Assembly (NCBI GenBank): GCA_965649825.1
Contig: OZ287706.1
Location: 682,001 to 746,000, forward strand
Reading direction: 5' to 3'
DNA length: 64,000 nucleotides
Origin: Penicillus capitatus
Taxonomy: Eukaryota; Plantae; Chlorophyta
Shown here: positions 30,171-41,971 of the stretch, piece after piece
Layout: each line of letters begins with the position of its first letter
Numbering within the stretch: position 1 is the stretch's first letter
Notes under the pieces: generated by a model
Databases searched by the model: none
What the model was told of the DNA's origin: nothing
Seen by the model: only the letters and a program-made list of their open reading frames with translations
Program-made: the position numbers and the translations under genes

Positions 30171-31219
30171 ATGTGTCTAGGCAGATAGGTGCGCATTCCT
30201 TCCATGCATCATGTTTCTTTCTTACTTTCACTGTGGACAGCGGTTTTTGTGTAATATAATGGTTGCTCCTTTTCATGGCCTTGATCAGCACATCCGAAAC
30301 TGAGGAGATACCATGAACTGCAAAGACCCTTGATCATTTTCTGTTTCTATGTACAAATGTTGGGTTCTCTTGTTTCAATGTAAACTCGAGCGATTTCTTC
30401 GACAACATTCAATGGAGTGACATGGATGATCGAGCAGAAAATGATGATACAAGGAACAGGAATAGAGATTTTGCATGTAGTGTTGGTATTGGACAACACG
30501 ATTTCGTCAATGACACAAGCAGCAAGCTTTCTGAGCTCGGTATTGTCGATGAGCTCCGGCTGTTTGACGGAGAACTGCTGTTAGAGTGAATCATGAGATT
30601 GTGGAGAATAGCGTGCGGAACTTCAATGGTCATCTCCCAGGAACAGTTAATGGTCTTAAGATGATAGCACTCTTTTTGCAAATGATGAGGATTCTACCTC
30701 TATTGGCGCTTGATTTGTTTTCCTGATCCACTCAGTGAACCATTGTTATAGGAGAAATTAACGGAAGTAAGTATTCAGCTTGTTCTCGATGTAGGAAACG
30801 ACGAACGCTGATATAGCCGTCGTAGCAGACTGATTGCATGTTTTCTGTTTGATATGACATGAGCGGACGAAAACAACAGGATCATCTTCTACTGATTTCT
30901 CATTCATTCGGCTAGTTTGGTGGATTGAGTATTTGCGATTAGATTAATGAAATCCGTTGAGTAAACAAGACCAATTTAATTCAAGGAATAGTGGGTATCG
31001 TAGAGTTGGATCACACTGGGGTCAGATCAATTGGCCCTTGACACAAATTGACGAAACATTCCTCGAGAATACGCAAGTCACATCACAGAATTCGATCGCG
31101 AGACACAGACACTGTCGATCGAGTTCTTATTGACAATTCCCTGGCGGAAATTAAAAGGACAACAAGTATTTAATAAAACAGTTACTTGGTCAGTGTTTTG
31201 GTCTGAATCGATGCTTTAT

Positions 31220-34200
31220 TGCACATAACTTAAATAGTGTACGGTCTAGTCGACGTTCGCTGGCCATTAAGAAGAAAAGGAGTGCTTGTCTTGGTGTCAC
31301 GGATCGTGTAGATTTATGATCGACAGCGATGTCGCTTCCGAACTTCATCGCGATACTCTTTGTCGACAAGTGTCGCATATTCTCGATAACAAGCGACACG
31401 ACAAATGTAATCTTCAGCACCAAAACACAGACTGATCCTTCTTTAAATCTCGGATCGATCAATCGGTGCTAATCGAGATCAAATCGAGAGGCGTCGTTAT
31501 CAAAAGCGAATCGATCGATCGATCGCTGTCACGTGAGTTTTGAATCGATTGTCCAATGCCACCCGAAATCAAGAAGGCCGATCGGTGTCAATCGCAATCG
31601 AATCTCGATAAAAAGCTGGTCAGTTAGGCGTAGGAAGCAAAGATCAATAGAAACGTCTTCTGGTTTTTGCCAATGGTCTGTAATATGAGTCTGACGTCGT
31701 AGATGTCCGACAGAACATTTTTCGTGTCGCCCGATTCTGTCTAAACAAATGCACATTTTGATGTCCGTCAGTCATCCCTAATGCGATCCGGAAAGAGGGG
31801 ACAACCACGTGTTCCCCTTTGCCGTTGTGCAAGCCAAGAACTTACCCTTCTAGATACTGCTGTTAGCTGTTGAAGATACCCCGGTGACTTTTAAAACAAG
31901 TCGCATATGCACAGCACCGGGTCGTCAACCGCTGAATGTCAAATGACTGGCTGTCATTTTTACTAAACGCAACGGATATGGCGGCCGATTTAAGTGTCAA
32001 CGAACGTGATTATCAACAGAGACAACTAACGTTAAAAACTCGCAAGATTGATGCGGTTCCACGCAATTGGTCGACCAATCGCGGCATCGATACAGCGACC
32101 ATCGAGGAAATCGAACGGGTCGATTCCTGATCGTCGTCTATCGCGCTCCGAAGATAGTACCAGGACGCCGGCCTCCGAGATGTCGATTGTGAAAAGATTA
32201 GAGATCAAACGGCAGTCAGATAGTCGTGATCAAGGCACGCGTATTAATGCGAGATCGCCATCGGACCCGATTAGTCGCGTGCTTGTGCAGAAGATCGAGC
32301 TCGATCTCTCCGCCGAACGGCAGTCAAAGCTGTTCTGCGCGTCCGACTGTGTAGCGTGCTGGTCCATGTTATCATATGTTGGAAGAGTGGCTGAAAAATG
32401 TAGTCTTAGGCAGCAAGGAGGCGTCGTGGTGGGACCATCACAGCGTCAGCTCGCCACCGTTACCAGACTTCTGTGTTACTGCAGCCATTCGTGAGTGTTT
32501 GCGCTGTTTCTGGATCGTAGTCCACGCATTGATCCTCCGGACACCAGAAGGAGCGTTCCTTTCATCCGCTTCCGAAGCATCATTTGAGTAGATCATGCTC
32601 TCCTGGTCTGCTTCTGTCAATTCAGCCCCATTCGCTTTTCGTAATGGCTGGCAGAGGAAGTTTTGTTCCGTCTTTCTCGACGACAAGAACGCGAGTAACC
32701 CGAAAGCCTCAACGTCCCGTCGAAGGAACTGAGACTGAGTATGGTTTTTCGACGTCCACTGCCGTTTGGCTAGCATCGCCATAGCAAACTGCTCTTTCGA
32801 TCATTGCAACGACATCTTGAACTGATGCGGCGTATCTCTCGGCAATAACTTATCTCCTCGCCATCATGTGCGAAGAGGCCGACTGGCGTAAACCGAGACA
32901 CGCCTCTCCACAAAACCCTCACGCCAGCTATCGGACGCTTTGAAGTGTCACTCGTGTTTCTGGGCAAGAGCGTCCAGCACAATCCCGAATATCCTAATAG
33001 ATGAAGACCAAGAAGCGTTATCGATTGCACAATGTCACGTCGAAGACTGCGTCTCGAGAGCTGGCGAGGATAGACTTCACTCTCCTGCTTACGAGTCGCA
33101 GTCAAATTCGATCTCGAGCGCGTTCCAGCGACGCCTGTTGGGTGCACAGTCTTCGAATCGCGGGACGATCCGACTGGTATCGCTTGGACGCATCGGAGAA
33201 AGGACAACGCTCAGCGTCGTCGAGATTTTTCACTCTACAGGCTGCGGAATGACATTTTCGATCCTGCGCTGGGCTGTTCGCCGTTTAAGAGTAGATCATC
33301 GAGTTCGAGCAGAGTCTGGAGAGTTCGACAGGTAACTCTTCTGCTGTCGTCAGTGCTGAGTGTACGAGATTTAGGAACGTTTCTCACTGTCAAGTACTTA
33401 CGGATAGGGCTGCTGTCAGCCACGGAAGCCGCGCGGATACCAAAAGCTTCTGAAAGAGGCAGGGCTTGTGATGTGTGACACGATGTACTCGAAAGCAAGC
33501 GGAGAATGCTTACCTCAATAGCTTCGTCAATCGAGTTGCCCCGCATTGCACGTCGGCGACGATTCGACTGTCGGCGATCCTGCCCTTTATTGCACGTAAT
33601 CGAGGAGCAATAATGGCCAGAAGGGTTATGACGGCTGCACAAGTCGAGTACGACAATCCCGCCACCCTGGCGCATGCAGACAGTTATGGCAAGCATCTCG
33701 GTTCTCGAGAATCCCACACCAAACGAAGAATCCGTCAGACGCGTTCTGAAAGCGAACTGTCGCGCGGGGATCAAACAAGTCATACTCGATGAGGAAGTCG
33801 AAAGTTTAGATCGTCAACCTCTCGGTGACCAAGAGGTTAACGAGACGTCGGCTCTCGACAGCACCAAAGGGCTCTTAACGAGATTGAGCTGACCGAGGTG
33901 CTCGCTGTCTTTGCTGCGTGGACGATCGAAATCCCACAAACAAAAAGGGAGCTTCACTCGGGCGTCTCCAGAAAACGAATCGGGACAGGATTCGCGTCAG
34001 TCGGCGTCCATCGATCGCGTGCGATTGGATCGGGACTCCTCGATCGTGCAATCGTCCTACAAGTATCGACCGGTCCTCGGTTGAATGCGCTTCAGCAACT
34101 TCGAATCGTCGACTTTAAACGAAGCCGCCGGAGGCGAGCAGTTCCGCCACAGGCCACAAAGCGTAAGGCTCTTTCCGGCCTTCCGCGTCAATGCACCTGC

Positions 34201-35740
34201 CAGCCGCGCCTCCGTTCCAAGGCGACGATTGGTTCGCGTGACGCGACGTCGACCGAATCTGCGTCCGCGACGTCGCACGCACCATCGTTACCGTACGCGA
34301 AGATGCGAAAGGCGACGAAGATGGCGTCGCCGAGACATCACGCGCCGAGCGTGACGAGCACGAGGGCCGGGCAGATTGCCGGAGACGCGCACGGCCGTCC
34401 GAGCGAGGAGGACCTCCTTCTTCTGCACTCTCTCAGACTGATCGGCTGCGCCGACGCACTGCAGCTTTGGCCGGAGATGGCCGCTGCGAAGGTCGATCTG
34501 GAGCAGAGCATGTTCGCGGCGCCGAACAAGAGCGCGACGGAGGCGCTGCTGTACTTCCTTCTGGCGACGCTGACGGACAGGGAGACGGCGCGGAAGAGGT
34601 TCAAGAACGCGTGGCCCGCTGCGACGCAGACCGAGGCGCGCGAGTTCAGACTGAGGGCGGTGGAGTGGATCAGGGAATGTGCGGAGGACTGGGGGGTCTC
34701 TGCCGACTCTGTCTCCCTGCTGCCGGCGCTGCTTCAGAGGAACGCCGGACAGAAACTGGTGCGGATGCTCTGCGAACTGTGCCACGCCGCCATGAGAGCG
34801 GAGCTGGCAGCCGATCAATCGAACGCGGCCGAAGACGACGCATCGACCGCCGATGAGGCGGAGGCGGAGGCGGAGGAAGCCACTCTTGGGGACGGCCTGG
34901 CGCCCGCGGCTGTCGCGATCGGCCAGGCTAGGATCCGCAGCCTTCAGAGGCATTTCCTTCAGCTGGCGACGAATGGGAGCCACTTCGCGAAGGAGATGCG
35001 ATCGGCCGCCGCCGAGATCATGTCCCGTTACTCGGAGCTGCAGGAAAGGGAGGATTCCATGAAATGCGAACTCCCCGAGATCAGAGAATGCCCTCCGGAG
35101 ACAGAGGACACCAAAGAGGTCGACGACACCTCTACCGGGAGGCTCCTCCTCTCTACCGTCGACGACGTCGAAGTAAGGCTCATCCTCCGATGTTTTGCAG
35201 TCGACAAATCTATGTGTCTCGCAGGAGATGGCCCGTCTAGCAGCGCAGATGACACTGGGAGACCGCCACCCATGCGCCATCTCCGGTGAGGAGTTGCTGA
35301 CCCTGATGACACACTGTTATGGCGAAGAGTACGTCCGAAACAGCTTCGATATCAGTGGACCGAGGACCACCGGCTCCCAATCCGTCTCTTCCTCCGCCAC
35401 CCAAGGCAAAACAGAGGTCGACCTGCTCTCGATGTCGTACAGCTGGGGTCGCTGCGCTATCAAGGATCTGCTCATCGCCCTCGAGCCTTTGAGGCACCCG
35501 CCTCGCCAACTGTTCGCAAGAGAACTTATCGACAACACTGCCTCGTTAGCAGATCTCATCAGTCAGACCCGAGATCTCCAGAATCAGAACGTCGAGCGCC
35601 TCGATGCGATGAAAACTCGATTGGAGCAAGATCTGGATCAGCTGGATATCTCTCTTGACCTCGAGGAAGAGCTCACATCCAAACTCATGGCAAACACAGC
35701 ATCACAGCTGCCATCTCTTTTGTCCATCCTCAAAGGCGAA
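31220..35740. repeat. Left arm of inverted duplication IR-B (about 4.5 kb)
   Basis: Reverse-complement match to 53122-57720 at about 90-98% by eye. Homology stops inside the HAUS6 CDS at caaaggcgaa (35740 / 53122). Confidence 0.95.
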
Positions 35741-35773
35741 GCATATGATGAGCAGGAATGCACTTCGGAATAA
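34303..35773 (+). CDS. HAUS6: Augmin subunit HAUS6/AUG6, copy 1; one intron 35173-35224
   Basis: HAUS6_N-like LLHSLRLIG, MFAAPNKSATEALLYFLL, RFKNAWPAATQTEAREFR..VEWI, NAGQKLVRMLCEL. Ends LKGEAYDEQECTSE*. Confidence 0.85.
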
Positions 35774-35863
35774 AGGCGCAGTGTTGATTGTGTCTTCCAT
35801 AGTCGATGTCCCTACCCATTTAAAATGTGAAAACGCGTTTGATCAATTCCTTTCGGTGCCACT

Positions 35864-37706
35864 ATGTCGACGAGCGTGTTAGACGACCTTGGCAAAGAGG
35901 TCACAGGAATCCTTGCACCGGTTTCGCTCTGCATGGCGTTGACCGTCGCAGTCGTAAAACTGATCGACTCTTCTGACGAGGACACTAGAAACTCCGTTAT
36001 CATCGCCACTGCCTATTATGATGAAGAAGCACGTCACCCTGTTCACTTTCTTCCCTTATTCCTTTCTGCCTTCCACAGGACGAAGACTCTGCAGGGACAA
36101 AGCTCTCGGGGTCCATCATCAACGCCCTCATCTTCGTTGCTTTCATCACCATCATTACCTTCGTCCTTTTCTTCCTCTTTAAACACGGAGTACATAGACA
36201 CGCTTTTGTGGCTCTGATTGAGAAGCAGAGGTTCTGTTTAGTGTGTGAGCTGCATCTATGTCTACATGGGATTCTCGCTGCTTCTTATTTTCTTCTTTAT
36301 GGCGGGCGCCGTCGTCGTCAAACTCCTGCAGCGATTCGATCTGAATTTCGATGCCATCTCTCTCTGTCTACTGCTCTTCAATTTTTCAGTCTCCCTCTCG
36401 TTCCGTGGTCCACCCACAGCTTGGATTGTTGGCAGGTTGTGGGAGCATTGGGTCTGTTCTTCTGGACAATCCCCATGCTCGTCAAGCAAGGATATCTTGT
36501 GGCTGTCGGCGTCATCGTCGCACACATCTTCACATGGATACCGGAATGGTCCACTTGGGTTGTACGTACCATACCAAACCCGATCCCCTCTGTCATTTGA
36601 TCACACTTTTTTCTGTAGTTACTGGTCTTCATGTCCTTCTACGACATCTGTGCGGTTCTCATCCCTGGCGGTCCACTAAAGGTAAACCAGATAGATACTC
36701 TGTGCTTTCGTCATTGTCTCCTTGCAGGCCTTGGTGGAATTAGCTATAGAACGTGGTGAAGAAATCCCGGCCTTAGTGTACGAAGTCCGTCCTACTGTAC
36801 GACCAGAATCTTGCAGAGGACCATGGCTTGATAACGCGATTGTGCGTAGCGAGGTGGAGGAGGTGGTTGGGATGAGCGGTATACTCGACAGAGAGGACGA
36901 TCGCGCGACATGGTCTCTCAGTTTCCAAGCGCATCTCTGACAGCCGTTGTCACTATGGTCAACAGCGAAGATGTCGGAGCTGATGTCTAGCAGCAAAGTG
37001 CCCGAACACTCCTCCTGATCATCGTCTTTGTCTATTAGGATGGACAAGAGCGATCCGACTCCAACAACGAAAGTAACATCGTCAATGAACAGACGGCTTT
37101 AATAACAGTAAACGACCAAGGTCTGCGTATCAAGAGGGAGAAACGAGTCACCCATTTGGGTTCTGCGGTGTAGCGAGCAGCAGCAATGCACCACAAGAAG
37201 TAGTGGACCCCGCGGAAGAAGAACGCCCCAGACGATCTCGGCGACACAGACACAGACGTTCCAGCGAAAGAACAAGGTGTGCGTCTTTTTGCCGATGGCG
37301 ACAGCGCATTTGCCGATGAAGTTTTAGAGTGGCGGCACCTGAACGCAGCCGATCTGCCGAGTCCGCCGAATCGATTGACTTCAGTCTACCAGATTCGCTG
37401 AAACTAGGTCTCGGAGATTTCATCTTCTACAGCCTCCTCGTCGGCCGTGCTGCCCTTTACGATTTCATGACAGGTGTGATCATACATTCTTACAACCGTT
37501 CTCACTCTTTTGATCGCACAGTGTTTGCCGCGTATGTTGGTATCGTTGCCGGTATGGGCATCACACTGTTGTTACTCGCTCTTTATCAAAAAGCTCTACC
37601 GGCGCTTCCTTTTTCCATCGTGTTGGGACTCATCTTCTATTTCTTGACGCGATTAGTTTTGGAGCCCTTTCTGATTTCGCTAGCCACCTCCTTAACATTC
37701 TTCTGA
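35864..37706 (+). CDS. PSEN: Presenilin (gamma-secretase catalytic subunit)
   Basis: PVSLCMALTV, IPEWSTW, catalytic FYDICAVL..GGPLK, LKLGLGDFIFYSLLVGRAA and KALPALPFSI. Confidence 0.96.
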
Positions 37707-37792
37707 TGATGGTTTGCTCTATAAATGCACAAATGCATGCATGACGCAACGAAATCTTCATCGACTCGACAGCGCAACGCGTCGTGCTCGAG

Positions 37793-40058
37793 ATGACGAT
37801 CGAAGACATGCAACTCCGTGGCGTTCTCGGCTTTGAGGGAAGCATTACGGACGGCCTCTTGCTTCTGCCTGATGGGCAGACCTTAGCATATGCGCTCGGT
37901 TCAACGATCGTCCTACGCGACAAGACTTCGGTGGCCTCGCAGCGCTTTCTGCATGGACATACCGACAAAGCACAGCATTCGATATTCACTCTCGTCGTGC
38001 ATGTTACTCACTTCTGTAGATCTCTTGTCTCGCGGCGTCGAAATCGGGAACGTATCTCGCTTCTGGTCAAGTGACGCACATGGGATTCCTTGCCGACGTA
38101 ATTCTGTGGCATCTCGAGGAACAGAAACTCGTCCATCGCATGCAGCTGCACAAAGTACATAGGCATTCACAGAGATATCGACGCTTCCGTCCATCTAGGC
38201 ACGTGTGCAAGCGGTCGATCTATCATTCGACGATCGGTATCTCATCTCTCTCGGCGGAGAAGACGACAACTCGCTGGTTCATCGCGTCGCGATCATTGAT
38301 CTGCGCGTTCTATTCGTTACAGGTGCTTTGGGATGTGGCGACCGGCAACGCGATCTGCGGCAGCCCGACAGACGGAAACTTAATGCAGACGGTTCGATTT
38401 CTTAATCGCAGCGACGCGACGGTCGTTGTCGCTGGTCACTCCTATCTCAGCATATGGGATTACGATCGTCCCAATAACAAACTTCGCTCCACCGAGATTC
38501 AACTCGGGCAGCTACGACGCGTCTTTGCATCGGTGCACATCGACGCTGACGATGCCTATGTCTACGCAGCGACAACATCTGGCGACATTTTCCAGGTGTG
38601 TCTCAGTCTAGGCCACGCTGAACAGTCTCCGATAGGCCGATCTGCAAAAACGCGTATTGATAACATCGGGTCCATCGAAGAAACTCATTCCGGGAGGCGC
38701 AACGTCCGTCTTCGCCACGAACGATGGTCGAATCTTTGTCGGATGCGGTGACGGAAGTGTGAAGCTCTTGATCGTCACACGTCGCGTCACGAGGAGCAAA
38801 AGAGGAATCCAATCGCTCCGAGAACTGTCATCGGTCGATCTTTACAGCGGCATCTCGTCAACAGGCGCCGCCGTGTCGTCCATTCTCTTTGAAAGCGAAG
38901 ACGCATCGACGATCACTCTTCTCGTCGGCACACAACATAGCGACATCTATCGAATCGTACTCAACAAAGCGGACGACAGGTGAGCGATGATCCGAATTCG
39001 ACGATTGCGATCGAAGTCTGTCATGTCGACACGATCAATTCTAGATTCTCTCATGCGCTACTTCAGACATCGCACAACAGTCCAGTCAATGACGTCGCTT
39101 TTCCTAAGGCCGCCGCCGCCATCTTTGCGACATGCGGAATCGGCGACATCCGTCTGTGGCATCTACCGACGTGTCGAGAGCTCCTGCGCATCGTCGTGTC
39201 GAATGTCGAGTGCCACTGTCTGGCCTTTGCCAACGACGGCAGCAATATTTTCAGCGGATGGAGTGATGGCACGTCCCCCTTTCGATAACCGAACGCTATC
39301 ACACACACGATGTCTTCTAGGAGCGATCCGCGTATTTCGTCCTCAAAGCGGCAGACTCGTCTTCAAGCGACCCGACGCACATCATCGGGCGATCCGTTCA
39401 TTGGCGAGCACACATGATGGCCATTGTCTCGTCACGGGCAGCGAAGACGGCACCGTTCGCGTGTGGAGATTACTCGAGGATCGTTGCGATCTCGTTGCCT
39501 CGATGAAGGAGCACAAATCCGCCGTGACATCTATTCGGATCAACCACGCTATGTCTGACGAATTTGCCAGCTGCAGCGAGGACGGCTGCTGTGTCGTCTG
39601 GGATTTTAACACTTTCCATCGTCGCAACAGCTTTGGAGCTTCTACCTGTTTCAAGGCCATCGAATACCATCCGGAAGGCAGCCAGATCGTATCGACAGGC
39701 ACCGATCGAAAAGTCGATCGCCCATCGTCGACCGATCGAGAAAAAACGATGTCGTGTTGTGCAGATCGCCTATTGGGATCCGTTCGATGGCCAAGCCATT
39801 CGCATGATCGACGGATCACCGAACGCTCCGCTTCACGCCTTAGCCGTCGACGATTCAGGCGACAACATTGTCAGCGGTGGACGCGATGCGACGATTCGAC
39901 TGTGGCATTACGACGAAGGAACGTGCTACGCCGAAGGCCGAGGACACAGTGGATGCATTAACAGCATTGCGATCTGTCGGGACAGGACAGCCATCGTTTC
40001 CGTCGGAACAGAAGGAGGCATCTTCATCTGGAATTTCCCACCGGCAACAGACAACTGA
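37793..40058 (+). CDS. CFAP52: Cilia- and flagella-associated WD-repeat protein CFAP52/WDR16
   Basis: LRGVLGFEG, YLASGQVTHMGFLADVILW, LISLGGEDDNS, AICGSP, FSGWSDG.IRVFRPQSG, and multiple WD repeats. Confidence 0.92.
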
Positions 40059-40095
40059 TGAAACGGCCCTCTTCCACTTGCATGCCGATCGACGG

Positions 40096-40344
40096 TTATG
40101 TTTTGCTGTGTGGCTGTTTTTCCGGTGGTCTCGGAACGAAAGGACGTCGAAATTCCTCAGGTTCGCATTTTTCGGCGAGTTTGAGAATGTCGATGTTTCG
40201 AAGGGCGTGCATTTTATTTTTCCGTCGATTCCTCCTTTGCGTTTTCGTGATTATCGGTATTCCCCATGGTTTATTCCAAAGACGTCCGCCTGTCACCTTC
40301 TTCACGGTAAAACGCGCCAGTGCGACAGGGCTGACCCAGATCAT
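40096..40344 (-). CDS. Small basic protein, probable mitochondrial ribosomal protein mL60 (MrpL31)-like
   Basis: MIWVSPVALARFTVKKVTGGRLWNKPWGIPIITKTQRRNRRKN..RNIDIL resembles the GG.LW..PW..S..QK..R...LR.VD pattern of mL60, recalled from memory. Confidence 0.45.
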   Translation of the reverse strand: MIWVSPVALARFTVKKVTGGRLWNKPWGIPIITKTQRRNRRKNKMHALRNIDILKLAEKCEPEEFRRPFVPRPPEKQPHSKT

Positions 40345-40440
40345 CGCGTTCCACAGACAATAGCTATCCACCGAGTGATGTGACCCGTCTGTTATGTCCC
40401 ATCACCGTAGGGTTGTTTTCGCTGCACAGGACGCGTCCCC

Positions 40441-41720
40441 ATGATGCTGCACAGGAGGCTGCTGATACTGGGCAGATGTCCGACGCGCCAAATCTGTCAT
40501 ATCCCACAACTGTCTCTCCAACGCCGTCCGCAAACGCGTCGGGATCAAAATGCCGTTCACTCGAGGTCGGCCATCTGCCGAAACGACGTCCGGCGTCCGA
40601 AGCCGACACCGCGCAAGAACGGTTGTCGATCGGCGGCGACATCCACCTCTTCATCCCGTCATCATGATCACAGACGGGAGAAAGAAGTGGCAGATCTGTT
40701 TGCCTCTCCCCTCGGGGTCGTTCTGAAACTTATGGGAATGGTATGCTTCTCCGTGGCCTGCCTGAATTGCCTGTCGTCCTGCTGTCCACTGGGGAGATTC
40801 GCGAGTGTTGCTGCTCAGAATTCAGGATCCGGTGAGACACGCAGCCTCTGTGTCGGTGCGATCGTGGGTGGATCTTAGGAACTTTGTCCATTCCTGCATG
40901 GACAGGACTCTCTGCCGGTTTCCTGCACACGTTGGCTGGACCGGATCACTTAGCCGGACTAACACCCCTTACCCTGGGACAGTCTCAAGCAGCTGCCGTA
41001 TCGATGGGCGCTCTGTGGGGGTTTGGCCATTCCTCCGGCCAACTGATCCTCGGTATTACGTTCCTCATTCTTAAAGTACTATCCCTTGCAAAGATGCAAG
41101 GAAAGATCCGTCGAGCATTATTCTATAGGAACGCTTTCAAGGCATCGTGCCGATCTTGTCGCGATGGTCCGGTGCCATAGTGGGCTTGACGCTCGTTGCT
41201 ATTGGCTGTATGGGCATTTACGAGAGTCGATTTGCACATCACCACGAGGATACGCACGAATCTGCAACACCAGCCGTCAATCCCAAAGGTCTCCATTTCT
41301 CCCACGCCTGAGCATCATGCATCATGACTGTCTGTGTGCATCTAATAGAGGGCATCGCCAGACGTGGGTTGGGAACGTATGCCATGGGGTTTGTCTACGG
41401 TCTTCAGCCAGATTCCCTCTTTGTCGTTTTGCCGGCTCTGGCATTGCCCTCCGCCCTGGCGACGCTTGCTTATGTCGTGACGTTCGTCGTCGGGACAGTC
41501 TGTGCCATGGCAGGGTACACTTTTGCCATCGGTTCGTCTTGGCCCCCCATCGATGTCTTCGACCATCGTCATGGCTGTAGGGACAGCATCGGATGCGGCA
41601 ACGCAACATCAACCGTGGCTCATGCAACATCTCTCTACCCTTGCTGCATCCGTTGCCCTTGGCATTGGATTGCTCATTCTTCTCCCCAACCTCGGATGTC
41701 CATTACCTTTCTCGCTGTAG
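40441..41720 (+). CDS. Nickel/cobalt transporter-like membrane protein (HupE/UreJ/NiCoT-related), probably plastid-targeted
   Basis: AGFLHTLAGPDHLAGLTPL, GALWGFGHSSGQ, His-rich FAHHHEDTHE, and GFVYGLQPDSLFVVLPAL. Start and end are approximate. Confidence 0.85.
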
Positions 41721-41971
41721 CAATTGGAGAGCATCTCGTAAACAGGACACGAACCGTCGATCGTCATAGCCGTCCACTTGACAGATTCCAGACCCCGAAT
41801 TGGACCCCCTACCTCGGCCCACTTCTCACATGGCGGCGCATCTGAGAGGAGACAAGTGTTATTGAGAGTGCATCATCGTTAGAGGACGGACGTCATTTAA
41901 CGCGCCATCCCGGAATCCATTTGTTCGTCATCCGGTCGCGCCACTGTATCCGTCTCTCTCCGTTCGCGTCG

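Noticed and set aside
33040-33240. C2-domain-like LARIDF..WYRL fragment on the HAUS6 strand
   Set aside because: Needs selected GC donors, is frameshifted between the arms, and the stronger splice donors are on the opposite strand.
34288-35280. 330-aa antisense ORFs over both HAUS6 copies, and most other overlapping ORFs in the track
   Set aside because: Shadow frames of GC-rich coding sequence, with no motifs of their own.
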